DNA of 64,000 nucleotides from Kiritimatiellia bacterium. GTDB lineage: Bacteria > Verrucomicrobiota > Kiritimatiellia > RFP12 > UBA1067. Positions within the stretch are counted from its first letter, which is position 1. Each line of letters starts with the position of its first letter. Positions 46,008-55,664 of this stretch are shown in pieces. The translations under genes were made by a program, and so were the position numbers. A model generated the notes under the pieces. The model saw nothing but the letters and a program-made list of their open reading frames with translations. It did no database searches and had not been told where the DNA came from. The stretch spans positions 65,307 to 129,306 of the forward strand of contig JAZOQY010000041.1 in the NCBI GenBank assembly GCA_045656285.1. Direction: 5' to 3'.

Positions 46008-48590
46008 ATGAAAGACTCCACGGACACACCCAAGCCTCACAAAAAGACTTTCATAGGATGGTTGTTCTTTCCTATATCGCTTTTTCCGCTCGCGGCGTTG
46101 CTTACCTACAACCAGCGCGCCATGATAGAAAATCAAATACCGCCCGACCCCTCAACCAATTGGATAGGCCCGATCGGCGACAATTTCGCATATTACGGCT
46201 ACGATTTTCTCGGATTGACTGTCTGGATCGTACCTCTGTACTGCATACTCATTGGCTGCAGATCGGCAAGCGGCGCATCGCTCCGACCCGGGTTGAAATT
46301 TTTCTGGTGCACCAATCTTCTGATATCGGCTGCAGCTCTTGTGCAGATTCTGAACATTCCGTTCATCGAATCTTTCAGGATTGAAGTCAACGCGAAAAAC
46401 TCGGGCGGACTGATCGGATTTCTTCTGGGCGACAAATTGCTTCTGCAGCTCTTCGGCAGGCAAGGATCCACGGTGCTTCTTCTCATCCTTCTCTTGATTT
46501 CGCTGATCGGCGCAATCGGGATCACCTTCATATCAAACATCTTCAAATCGCTCTTCCGCTGGGCCCTCACAGGCAAAAACCAGCATGAGCTCGACCCTGT
46601 TCCCGCCGATATCGAGCCTGACACTCCCGAATACGATGAAAATCAAGCGCTCATAGAGAAGGCCCGACAGGCGAGAGAAGAGGCGCTGCGCCAGAAAGAA
46701 GAACAGAAGCGCAGAATCCGCGAAGAGAAGGAAAAGGAAAGACTGCGGCGCGAAGTCGAAAAACAGGAACGCGAAGCCGAGCGCAGACAGCGTGAAGAAG
46801 AGCGCATAGCCGCACTCCGGAGGCTCCAGGAATCGACCGACAGCGGCGAACCGTCACCTATAATCCCGCCGCCGAGAAAGGCTCCCGCGACGCCTCCGCC
46901 CCCCGCGCCCCCCAGAACGCACGAGTCGAAGAGCTCAAACGACAATGACAGCAAAAGCCCCTACATACTTCCGTCGGCGAATCTTCTCGCCCCCTTGCGC
47001 AAGTCAGAGGCCGATCACAGCGATGTCGCCAGCATGAGCCAAAAGCTCATAGACACCCTCAAATTGTTCGGGCTAAACACGACACTTGCATATACCGTCC
47101 AGGGACCGGTCGTCACGAAATATGCGATTTCGCCCGAGCCGGGCACAAGACCCGAAAAGTTCACCGCCCTCCAAGCGACCCTTATGATGGCGCTGAAGGC
47201 GAAATCTCTCAGAATAGAGGCTCCGATTCCGGGCGAGGACAAGATCGGCATCGAAGTCCCCAATCTGAAACCGGCGGGAATTTCCTTCCGCGAGATATTC
47301 GAATCCGAAGAATGGAAAAACTCCAAGGCGGAACTGCCCCTTCTCTTCGGCAAGAGAGCCGACGGCAAGGAGCTTGTTGCCGATCTCGCGTCAATGCCCC
47401 ACATGCTCGTTGCGGGCGCGACAGGCCAAGGCAAATCCGTCTGTCTCAACTCGCTTATCTGCGGCCTGCTGATGACGCGCACGCCTGAGCAGCTCAAACT
47501 GATCATGGTAGATCCGAAGTCGGTTGAATTCACGCCGTATTCATCGATCCCCCATCTTCTCGTTCCGGTCATCACCGACAACCGCAAAGTCGTCTTCTCG
47601 CTCCACTGGGCGGTTGCAGAAATGGAGAAGCGTCTTAAGATGTTCGCCCGCGCACGCGTCAGGAACATCTACGACTTCAACCACAGAAAAACGATAACCC
47701 AGACCGACATGTTCGGGAACGACGCAGAAGTCAATTCCGACATGCCGGCGACCGTTCCGTACATAGTCATAATAATCGACGAAGCCGCCGACCTGATCGG
47801 ACAGTGCGGCAAGGAAGTCAACCCCGACATCCAGCGCATAACCCAAAAGGCTCGCGCCGCCGGAATCCACATAATCCTTGCGACACAGCGCCCGGACGCC
47901 AAAATCATTACGGGAACGATCAAAGCCAACATTCCCGGGCGCGTTGCGTTCAAGACCTCCCAGGCGATCGACTCGCGCACGATCCTCGACGAATCCGGCG
48001 CCGAGAACCTGATCGGACGCGGAGACATGCTCTTCAGAGGCAAGGACGGGCTTCTCATCCGCGCCCAGGGAGCATGGATCTCCGACAGCGAGATAATGAA
48101 CATAACCGAATTCATCGAACAGCATTCCTCGACTCAGTTTGACGAAACCTTCGCCAGCAAACTCAGCCGCGTAAAGGAAGCCGCCATCGAAGACCCCTTC
48201 GCAGCCAACGAAGACGATCCCGACAACAGACCGGAACCTGCCGAAAACAAGTCGGCAAAGCGCGAACTCGTCAAAGCCGCAGCCAACGCCGACGACTTCA
48301 AGAAAGCGGTCGAATGCGTAATCAACACGAAACGCGCATCGGTATCCCACTTCCAGCGTCAAATGGGCTGGGGCTACAATCATGCCGCGAAGATTCTCGA
48401 CATGCTTACCGATCGAGGCATCGTAAGCCCGCCTCAGGGCATGGGGCCCAGACAGATTACCATGGATGAAGATCAACTCATCAGCATTTTGAACGGGGAC
48501 AACAACATAGAAAGCTCCAATAACGACGACAAGGCAAACGAAGAACCTACCACAAACTTAACAGACGAATTTACGGAGGAACAATCATGA
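46008..48590 (+). CDS. ftsK: DNA translocase FtsK
   Basis: N-terminal TM helices, a charged and Pro-rich linker, the motor 'LVAGATGQGKSV' and 'IIDEAADL', and a gamma domain 'ASVSHFQRQMGWGYNHAAKILDML'. Confidence 0.9.
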   Translation: MKDSTDTPKPHKKTFIGWLFFPISLFPLAALLTYNQRAMIENQIPPDPSTNWIGPIGDNFAYYGYDFLGLTVWIVPLYCILIGCRSASGASLRPGLKFFWCTNLLISAAALVQILNIPFIESFRIEVNAKNSGGLIGFLLGDKLLLQLFGRQGSTVLLLILLLISLIGAIGITFISNIFKSLFRWALTGKNQHELDPVPADIEPDTPEYDENQALIEKARQAREEALRQKEEQKRRIREEKEKERLRREVEKQEREAERRQREEERIAALRRLQESTDSGEPSPIIPPPRKAPATPPPPAPPRTHESKSSNDNDSKSPYILPSANLLAPLRKSEADHSDVASMSQKLIDTLKLFGLNTTLAYTVQGPVVTKYAISPEPGTRPEKFTALQATLMMALKAKSLRIEAPIPGEDKIGIEVPNLKPAGISFREIFESEEWKNSKAELPLLFGKRADGKELVADLASMPHMLVAGATGQGKSVCLNSLICGLLMTRTPEQLKLIMVDPKSVEFTPYSSIPHLLVPVITDNRKVVFSLHWAVAEMEKRLKMFARARVRNIYDFNHRKTITQTDMFGNDAEVNSDMPATVPYIVIIIDEAADLIGQCGKEVNPDIQRITQKARAAGIHIILATQRPDAKIITGTIKANIPGRVAFKTSQAIDSRTILDESGAENLIGRGDMLFRGKDGLLIRAQGAWISDSEIMNITEFIEQHSSTQFDETFASKLSRVKEAAIEDPFAANEDDPDNRPEPAENKSAKRELVKAAANADDFKKAVECVINTKRASVSHFQRQMGWGYNHAAKILDMLTDRGIVSPPQGMGPRQITMDEDQLISILNGDNNIESSNNDDKANEEPTTNLTDEFTEEQS

Positions 48591-49480
48591 TAGAATTTGG
48601 AGAAACACTGCGAAAGACTCGCGAAGCCAAGGGTTTGACTTTAAGCGAAGTCGCCCAAAAGACCCACATGCTTGTACAACAGGTAGAAGCATTGGAGAAA
48701 GAGGATTTTTCCAAAATAGCAGCTCCGATATACGGCCGTGGATTCGTGAAACTATACTGCGAAGCCGTCGGAATCGAAGACTACAAGCCGCTGGTCGACG
48801 AATTTATGGATATCTATTCAGGCAACAAGCCGCCGACCATCAGAATGCGGAATGCGATCCCCGCTCCTGAACCGGAGGACTTTTCGGAAACGGCCAAAAA
48901 GAATTTGGCCTTCGACGAAATGACACCTATTCAGCAAAACGAGGACATCCCTGCTGAAGGCGGCGATACCGACGCTTTTTCAACTGCGGCCGCAGCCGGC
49001 GCTTCCATCGAGGACGAGCAGCCCGAAGAGGAATTCCAGAGACAACCGGCAGAAGATCTTTTTTATTTCGCCCGTGAACCCGAAGCCCAGCCTCTTCCTA
49101 AGCCGAAACAGAAACCATCCTTGAAAAAGTCAATCGATGATTTCTTCAAGGAAAGCGGGACCCAGGCTCCGCCCCTCCAGAACAACGGTCCCGCCAGATA
49201 TTCAACGCCCAGACCGATAGAAGACGGATTCAAAAAGCGCTTTAACATTCCGCCGGTCGCGATACGTTTGGGCATTCTCGCGATAGGAGCGATACTCATT
49301 CTGTGGTTGCTCATCTACGGACTGGTTGCTGTCTACCGCGCTGCGGTAGGACCGGAAACCGAAGAGACTGCAGAAGCCGCCGCGACTGAGCTTGCCGCCC
49401 CCGAAAACGGCGACACGCCGCCGTCGGCAGGAGAGTCAGGGAGAACTCCCATGAAACTCAAACATCTGTATGTAGACTGA
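48587..49480 (+). CDS. RodZ-like HTH protein (N-terminal HTH, acidic linker, single TM)
   Basis: 'FGETLRKTREAKGLTLSEVAQKTHM...YGRGFVKLY' and TM 'LGILAIGAILILWLLIYGLVAV'. ATGA overlap with the ftsK stop. Confidence 0.65.
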   Translation: MIEFGETLRKTREAKGLTLSEVAQKTHMLVQQVEALEKEDFSKIAAPIYGRGFVKLYCEAVGIEDYKPLVDEFMDIYSGNKPPTIRMRNAIPAPEPEDFSETAKKNLAFDEMTPIQQNEDIPAEGGDTDAFSTAAAAGASIEDEQPEEEFQRQPAEDLFYFAREPEAQPLPKPKQKPSLKKSIDDFFKESGTQAPPLQNNGPARYSTPRPIEDGFKKRFNIPPVAIRLGILAIGAILILWLLIYGLVAVYRAAVGPETEETAEAAATELAAPENGDTPPSAGESGRTPMKLKHLYVD

Positions 49481-49507
49481 CAAATCGGTTCCAAAGCGAG
49501 GTACAAC

Positions 49508-49747
49508 ATGAAGAACGAAGATGGTTTTACAAGTTTTGCATGCAAGTCATGCGGCACCGAAATCGAAGCGTCGCTTGACATGATCGGAGAGGAAACCGAA
49601 TGTCCCGCATGCGGCGCCAAAATAACAATCCCCGACAACAATACGGATGACGATGGCGTTTTGCGCTTTGGCCCGAACGACAATTCGCTGGCCAACACGC
49701 AAGCCATGAAAAGCAAGACCATTCGAATAGAGCTTACTGATCTATGA
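49508..49747 (+). CDS. Small zinc-ribbon protein (hypothetical)
   Basis: 79 aa with CxxC-N19-CxxC ('CKSCGTEIEASLDMIGEETECPACG'). SD GAGG upstream. Confidence 0.5.
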   Translation: MKNEDGFTSFACKSCGTEIEASLDMIGEETECPACGAKITIPDNNTDDDGVLRFGPNDNSLANTQAMKSKTIRIELTDL

Positions 49748-49763
49748 CGGCTGAGCTGCTTTA

Positions 49764-50813
49764 ATGGACATCAAGCGAAAAATATTCGATCTCAAGTCCA
49801 TCTCCATGCGTTCTTGGCGAAAACTCGCGAAAAGAGTTGCGCTTTGCGTTTTTCTTGTCTGCATTCTTTTTTTCAGTCTCTCCAACTGGTTCGTCAGACA
49901 CCCTTTGGGATGGATTCAAGACAAATACAATGCGCTTCCGGATTTCATGGTGGACGGTCTTGTTTACATCGGAGAACCTTTTGCCGACATAACGGATTCA
50001 TGGGGACTTACCGGATCAGATGCCTTCTGCGAAGTGCCCGACACTTCACAGATCGGCGGAAGGATATTCTTTGCCGGACCTCCTGTAGTCTCATCAGAAA
50101 AAGCTCCCGACGACATTGTTGCTTCTGACAAAGGAGAGTTCATAGTCGGTTATTCCGACAAAATGCGGCACGCTGTATGGTGTGGATACCGGGTAACAAA
50201 AGACGCCAAATATTTCATAAAAAAGCGTCCTGGATTCAGGATGGACAAAACATTCAAGTCCTGCCCGAAATCAGGATTATACGCCAAGACGGGATACGAC
50301 AGAGGCCACATGGCTCCAAATTACGCAATCATGTCCCGCTTCGGGGAGGAGGCTCAGCGCAAGACATTTCTGATGTCCAACGTAGCGCCTCAATCGCCAA
50401 GGCTCAATCGCGGGATCTGGAGAGAGATTGAACACAGAATAGCCGATCTGTTCACGTCGAAATGGGGAGAGGTTTGGGTAATCGTCGGGTCGATTTCAGA
50501 AGGCAAGGAAACCCTCAGCGGGACGGAAATAGATGTCCCGACGGCATTCTATCAGATTGTAGCGGCAAAGACGGACAATGAAATCCGTGCAGTGGCCTTC
50601 CTCTGCGACCAGCATGTTCCATGGAAGGCATGGCCCAGGCACTATCTCGTCAGCATAGATGAACTGGAAGAAAGAACCGGACTCGATTTTTTCAGCGAAC
50701 TTGACGATTCTGTTGAAGAGAAGCTCGAATCACAGACCGCGACACGCCTTCTGCCTACGGGCTTTTCCGAAGCTTTCAAAGCTTTGGAAATCCATTTCAA
50801 GGATTACAGATAA
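49764..50813 (+). CDS. Membrane-anchored DNA/RNA non-specific endonuclease (NUC / Endonuclease_NS family)
   Basis: TM 'VALCVFLVCILFFSLSNWF' and active-site block 'GYDRGHMAPN...SNVAPQ'. Confidence 0.8.
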   Translation: MDIKRKIFDLKSISMRSWRKLAKRVALCVFLVCILFFSLSNWFVRHPLGWIQDKYNALPDFMVDGLVYIGEPFADITDSWGLTGSDAFCEVPDTSQIGGRIFFAGPPVVSSEKAPDDIVASDKGEFIVGYSDKMRHAVWCGYRVTKDAKYFIKKRPGFRMDKTFKSCPKSGLYAKTGYDRGHMAPNYAIMSRFGEEAQRKTFLMSNVAPQSPRLNRGIWREIEHRIADLFTSKWGEVWVIVGSISEGKETLSGTEIDVPTAFYQIVAAKTDNEIRAVAFLCDQHVPWKAWPRHYLVSIDELEERTGLDFFSELDDSVEEKLESQTATRLLPTGFSEAFKALEIHFKDYR

Positions 50814-50819
50814 ACCCGC

Positions 50820-52049
50820 TTATTCATACCTCAAACAATCGATAGGATTAAGCTTCGACGCCCGGTAGGCCGGATAAAATCCGAAAAACATTCCTACGAA
50901 AGAAGAGAACAAAAACGCGCCGAGTGTCGAGGGAATCTCAATCAAAATCGGCCAATCCTTCCACCATCCGATAAAATGAGCGCCTCCCACACCGAGAGCC
51001 ACGCCGAACGCGCCTCCTATCGTCGACAAAACCACGGCCTCCAAAAGGAATTGGGTCAAAATATTCGTAGGCGTTGCGCCTATTGACATCCTGAGTCCGA
51101 TCTCCTTTATTCGTTCCGTTACGGAAACAAGCATTATGTTCATGATGCCGATACCGCCTACAAGAAGCGAAATCGCGGCAACAGCAGTCAACAGCACGGT
51201 CATAAGGCCTGAAACGGAACCGATGGTGTCCATGATTTCAGTCGTGTCGCGCATTTCGAAATCATCGTCCTGATAATCGGCAAGATTGTGGCGTTGCCTC
51301 AAAAGCGCCGTAATCTCTCGTTTCGCCTCGTCAAGATCATCCATTGAATGCAGCGAAACGTTCATCATATTTATATTGTCGAACTTGGAACGCTGCAGAT
51401 AACGCTGAACGCTCGTATAAGGCGCCATGATGACGTCATCCTGATCCTGACCCCAATTGTTGGCGCCCTTCGAACCCAGAACGCCAACAATGGTGAATGT
51501 CATGTTGTTGAGGCGTATGACCTTGCCGATCGGATCTTCTTCGTCTCCGAACAAATTGGACTTTACGGTAGTGCCTATGACACAGACTCTTGAATGCTGG
51601 ACGGTCTCTTCATCAGTGAAGAAGCGCCCCTCGCTCATGCTCCAATTGCTTGTCAGCAAGACATCCGGAGAGACGCCCTGAATGTTGCTCGACCAGTTCT
51701 TGGCGGCATACATCATCTGAACGGACGCTCTCACCTGAGGACTCACGCCCTGAACAAGATGACTGAGCTCGTTTCTTACGGCCTCTGCATCAGCCGCGGT
51801 CATGGTCTGCCCCTGACCTCGTCCGCTCGAAACGGAACCCGCCCTTTTGCGTTCGGGGAAGACCATCACGAGATTGTTGCCCATCGAGGATATCTGCTTG
51901 ACCATCATCGTCTGGGCGCCCTGACCGATTGCCATGACGGCTATAACGGCGGCAATGCCGACGATAATGCCGATGCAGGTCAAGACCGAACGCGTCTTGT
52001 TGCGCATGATCGCCCTCAGAGCCACCTTGAAAATCATTCCGAAATTCAT
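50820..52049 (-). CDS. ABC transporter permease, MacB/FtsX type
   Basis: 409 aa with a large periplasmic loop between TM1 and TM2 and a C-terminal FtsX domain. 4-nt overlap with the ATPase gene. Confidence 0.85.
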   Translation of the reverse strand: MNFGMIFKVALRAIMRNKTRSVLTCIGIIVGIAAVIAVMAIGQGAQTMMVKQISSMGNNLVMVFPERKRAGSVSSGRGQGQTMTAADAEAVRNELSHLVQGVSPQVRASVQMMYAAKNWSSNIQGVSPDVLLTSNWSMSEGRFFTDEETVQHSRVCVIGTTVKSNLFGDEEDPIGKVIRLNNMTFTIVGVLGSKGANNWGQDQDDVIMAPYTSVQRYLQRSKFDNINMMNVSLHSMDDLDEAKREITALLRQRHNLADYQDDDFEMRDTTEIMDTIGSVSGLMTVLLTAVAAISLLVGGIGIMNIMLVSVTERIKEIGLRMSIGATPTNILTQFLLEAVVLSTIGGAFGVALGVGGAHFIGWWKDWPILIEIPSTLGAFLFSSFVGMFFGFYPAYRASKLNPIDCLRYE

Positions 52050-52792
52050 GACAAGGCCTCCTTGACCAGCCTGGAGACTTCCGACTGCGTCTTGCGCTGG
52101 CCGCCGTCCTCGAAGTCGTCGCGCATGACCTTTCCGTCGCGCATTACAATATGACGCTTGGCGTACGCGGCAATGTCGTCTTCATGCGTAACCATCACAA
52201 TCGTTATCCCTTCATTCGAAAGTTCGGTGAAAAGATTCATGATTTCAACCGAACTTTTCGTATCGAGGTTGCCGGTCGGTTCGTCTGCGAAAAGCACCGG
52301 AGGATTGTTCATCAATGCGCGAGCAATCGCAACACGCTGCTGCTGACCGCCCGACAATTGGCTCGGCGTATGGTATTCGCGACCCTTGAGGCCCACTCGT
52401 TCAAGAAGCATCCTGGCTCTTTTATGTCGCTCGCGGGCCGTAAGGCGCCCCATGTAGAGATCGGGCAGTTCAACGTTTTCGATCGCGGTAGTGCGCGGCA
52501 GCAGATTGAAGTTCTGGAAAACGAAACCGAGCTTTCTGTTGCGTATGTGCGCAAGATCGCTCGCCGAACGTTCCGCGACCTGAGTTCCATCCAGAAGATA
52601 GGACCCTTTCGTCGGCACGTCAAGGCAACCCAGAATGTTGAGCATCGTCGACTTTCCGGAACCGGAAGAACCCATGATCGCGACAAACTCCCCCTCGTCG
52701 ATTGAAAGCGACACACCGTCCAACGCATGCACCGGCTCGTCGCCGATGGCGTAAATCTTGTACATGTCGCGTATTTCGATGAGATGACTCAT
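52046..52792 (-). CDS. ABC transporter ATP-binding protein (MacB/LolD type)
   Basis: 'GSSGSGKST', '[15 protein letters not shown]' and '[11 protein letters not shown]'. Confidence 0.9.
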   Translation of the reverse strand: MSHLIEIRDMYKIYAIGDEPVHALDGVSLSIDEGEFVAIMGSSGSGKSTMLNILGCLDVPTKGSYLLDGTQVAERSASDLAHIRNRKLGFVFQNFNLLPRTTAIENVELPDLYMGRLTARERHKRARMLLERVGLKGREYHTPSQLSGGQQQRVAIARALMNNPPVLFADEPTGNLDTKSSVEIMNLFTELSNEGITIVMVTHEDDIAAYAKRHIVMRDGKVMRDDFEDGGQRKTQSEVSRLVKEALS

Positions 52793-54090
52793 TATTTCTT
52801 CGGCTCCGGAGCGGTACCTTTGTTCTTGTTGCGCTGCATACGCTTGGGCATGAACGGATTTGTCTCTTCATCCTTGCCTTTGGACTGGGTCTTTGTCTCG
52901 TAGCCTACGACAACCTCGCGATCAAGAAGCTTCTCGGCGTCGTCAACCACAATCTGCGTAAAGGAATTGTCGCTTACTCCTTCGTTTACGAGCATATACT
53001 CAAGCGGAGCATCCTTCGAGGCCGGCTTGAACCAAAGTTTCTTGCCGCGGGGGATTTCGCCGCCGATGCGATCGAGATCTTCTTTCTTTGGCCTGAAACG
53101 GAACGCGGCGGACGGGACGGAGACAACATTCTCGGCCCGGGCCGTCTCGATCGACAGCGTAGCAGTCATCCCCGGAAAAAGCATCTCGTCCGGATTGTCG
53201 GCTTCGATTATGACAGGGAACGTAACAACGTTGTTTGTCGTTGTCGCAGCCTTGCGGATCTGCTTGACGCGACCCGTAAAACGGCGACGGTACGCATCGG
53301 CCGTAAATGTCACGCTCTGTCCGATTTTGATGTTGCCGATATCGGCTTCGGGTATCGTCGCTTCGACCCACACGGTCTTCAAATCTTCGGCGATCGTCAA
53401 CACGGGAATGGCGTTCATCGACGAAACGACCGTTTCGCCCTCTTCGACCTTGCGGTCGATCACCACTCCGTCGACCGGAGAGACGATCGTACAGAACTCA
53501 AGATCGGCCTTGGCCTTTTCGGCGGAAGCGCGCGACTGCTCGACAGAAGCCTCGGCGCTGGCAAGGCTGGCTTTGGCGCTGTCGAGATTGGACTCGGATT
53601 TGGCGAGAGCTTCGGTAGCCGCATCCAGCTCCGCAAGAGGCCCCACTCCGTTCTCGAAAAGAGCCTTTTTGCGATCGTACGTCTTCTTGGCAAGCACAAG
53701 CTCAGCCTCCGCCGACCGCAAAGCCGCCTTGCGGTTGAAAACATTCGCCTCGTTCACATGAAGCTGGGCAAGAGCGATCTTGTAGGAAGCATCGTAGACG
53801 CGCGGATCGATCAAGGCGACAACCTGGCCGTTTGTGACGGTTGAGTTGTAGTCGACAAACAGCTTTATGATCTTGCCGTTGACCTGGGCGCCGACCGGAA
53901 TTCCATTGGAGCTGTTGCGCGGGGTTATCGTGCCCGTCGCTCTGACCGTACGGACAATGTCAGATTCGACAACCTTCACCGTGCGGTATGCGCACTCTTC
54001 CTTTTCGTCGGATGACATCCACCAGTAGATTCCGCATCCGGCACCGGCAAGAACCGCGCATATGACGATCCATTTAAGGCATTTCTTCAT
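52792..54090 (-). CDS. Efflux periplasmic adaptor (MacA/HlyD family)
   Basis: N-terminal anchor, a coiled-coil hairpin and beta-barrel domains, in the context of the flanking ABC and TolC genes. Confidence 0.85.
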   Translation of the reverse strand: MKKCLKWIVICAVLAGAGCGIYWWMSSDEKEECAYRTVKVVESDIVRTVRATGTITPRNSSNGIPVGAQVNGKIIKLFVDYNSTVTNGQVVALIDPRVYDASYKIALAQLHVNEANVFNRKAALRSAEAELVLAKKTYDRKKALFENGVGPLAELDAATEALAKSESNLDSAKASLASAEASVEQSRASAEKAKADLEFCTIVSPVDGVVIDRKVEEGETVVSSMNAIPVLTIAEDLKTVWVEATIPEADIGNIKIGQSVTFTADAYRRRFTGRVKQIRKAATTTNNVVTFPVIIEADNPDEMLFPGMTATLSIETARAENVVSVPSAAFRFRPKKEDLDRIGGEIPRGKKLWFKPASKDAPLEYMLVNEGVSDNSFTQIVVDDAEKLLDREVVVGYETKTQSKGKDEETNPFMPKRMQRNKNKGTAPEPKK

Positions 54091-55547
54091 TTTCTGTTCT
54101 CCACTACGTTGACTTCGTTGTAAACAGGAGTCGCCCCGATAAGCTCGAAAATCGCCGCTTCGGCCATCTGTCCACGATAGAAGCTCTTGACCCTGTTGCC
54201 CAAAGCTTCGGTGTAGTACGAGACGGCATCCGTAAATTCGATTCGGGAGACCTCCTCTACTTCATACTGGGATTTGACCGTCTCCAGATTTTCTCTGGCC
54301 TGGACAAGACTCTCGCGGGCGGTATCCTCGGCTTTACGGGCATTGTCGCGCTCGGCTATCGCAACCTCGAGATTGCGCGAAAGAAGCAGCTCGGCGGCAT
54401 CAAGATTGTTCTGCGCGACATTCAGAGCGACTGTCGCCCTCTCGACATCCGTTGATTTGGCCCAGCCCGTGAAGAGCGATTGGGCTCCGCTCAAACCCCA
54501 ACGCCACAGCCACAACGGATCTGTCCAGTTAAGGCTGAGATTGGCGGAAAACACAGGCTTGAGATTTGCAACGGAATAATCGACATCTGCCGAAGCGGCG
54601 CGCAGACGGGCTCGGGCAATCTTCAACGAAGGAGAATCCACACGCGCTTGTCTGAAGACCTCATCGACTGAATTTGTGGTGTCGTCGAATCCGCGCATCA
54701 CACGATCAAGCCCGCCGAGGGGACCGCCAAATATAGTGCGATAGTCACTGACCTCGGCGTCGACACCAAGATACGCAACAAGATTGACGCCGGCGATCGC
54801 GACATCATTGGAAGCGGCCACCACAGTTTCCTGGGCGCGCGCGAGATCGAGCTTGGCGCGCAGAACATCAAGCTTCTGTCCGTAGCCCTGCTCAAACCTG
54901 GCTTCGGCCTGAGACAAATGGGCGGCATACTGATTGATGTTAGAAACGGCCACTTCGAGAAGAGCTTCGTTCTGAAGCAACGTGAAGTAGGCGTCGGAAA
55001 CCTCATTGAAGACCTTGTACCCCGTCTGGACAAGTTCAAGCTCGGCGGCGATGACATCCTCGACAGCGGCCTGCTGGCGAGCATCGTTGCGGCCGAAATC
55101 ATAAATCAAGATATTCAGCGACAATGCCCCGGAAAGATCGCCTCGAGAAGTCGAAGTGTCGAAATCCTTGAACTTCTCTGCTGATGAAGACTCAGAGTAG
55201 CCCAAGGACAAATCGGCATCGATCGCATTCCATGGTGTCTTTGAAGCAAGCGGAGCATCCGCCGCAATAGACTTCAGCCGAAGCCTGGCGTCTTTTACGG
55301 CCAACGTCGCCGAAACCATCGCAGGACGGTTCGTCATCGCATAATCGACCAGCGACTGGAGCGAAACGGACGAAATCTTGACAGATTCAATCGTATTGGT
55401 GCTGTCATGAACGGCAGATTCCTCGCTCATCACAAGGGCTGCCTTTTGTTGCTGAAGACGGGCCTCTTCAACAACTTTACATCCCGTCATAGACAGGAAG
55501 ACAAGTAAACACAGGGGCAAAAATATTCGAGTGCAGGATTTCAGCAT
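54087..55547 (-). CDS. TolC/NodT-family outer membrane efflux protein
   Basis: The two-repeat coiled-coil OMP family look and the operon context support the call. Start taken at the third in-frame ATG (55547; 'MLKSCTRIFLPLCLLVFLSMTGC') because a consensus promoter occupies codons 2-3 of the track ORF, which starts at 55562. Confidence 0.8.
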   Translation of the reverse strand: MLKSCTRIFLPLCLLVFLSMTGCKVVEEARLQQQKAALVMSEESAVHDSTNTIESVKISSVSLQSLVDYAMTNRPAMVSATLAVKDARLRLKSIAADAPLASKTPWNAIDADLSLGYSESSSAEKFKDFDTSTSRGDLSGALSLNILIYDFGRNDARQQAAVEDVIAAELELVQTGYKVFNEVSDAYFTLLQNEALLEVAVSNINQYAAHLSQAEARFEQGYGQKLDVLRAKLDLARAQETVVAASNDVAIAGVNLVAYLGVDAEVSDYRTIFGGPLGGLDRVMRGFDDTTNSVDEVFRQARVDSPSLKIARARLRAASADVDYSVANLKPVFSANLSLNWTDPLWLWRWGLSGAQSLFTGWAKSTDVERATVALNVAQNNLDAAELLLSRNLEVAIAERDNARKAEDTARESLVQARENLETVKSQYEVEEVSRIEFTDAVSYYTEALGNRVKSFYRGQMAEAAIFELIGATPVYNEVNVVENRK

Positions 55548-55553
55548 GGTCAT

Positions 55554-55583
55554 ATTATACATACCTTAAGGTAGGTATGTCAA
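55554..55583 (-). promoter_or_regulatory. Consensus promoter TTGACA-18-TATAAT abutting the tolC start, with a palindrome in the spacer
   Basis: Minus strand reads TTGACATACCTACCTTAAGGTATGTATAATATGACCATG. A perfect 12-bp palindrome TACCTTAAGGTA lies at 55562..55573. An alternative pairing is the 8-bp arms ACATACCT / AGGTATGT. Confidence 0.55.
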
Positions 55584-55664
55584 TAGCGAATCCAGATCAT
55601 GCGGAGTATGGCGACAGCCCGGAAAAGAACATGTCGGGCAACATCAAATGCGACGGCGCCGCCG

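Noticed and set aside
46620-46960. Highly charged, repetitive segment (REEALRQKEEQKRRIREEKEKERLRRE..., then a Pro-rich stretch) inside ftsK
   Set aside because: This is the typical low-complexity FtsK linker between the membrane domain and the motor, not a separate element.
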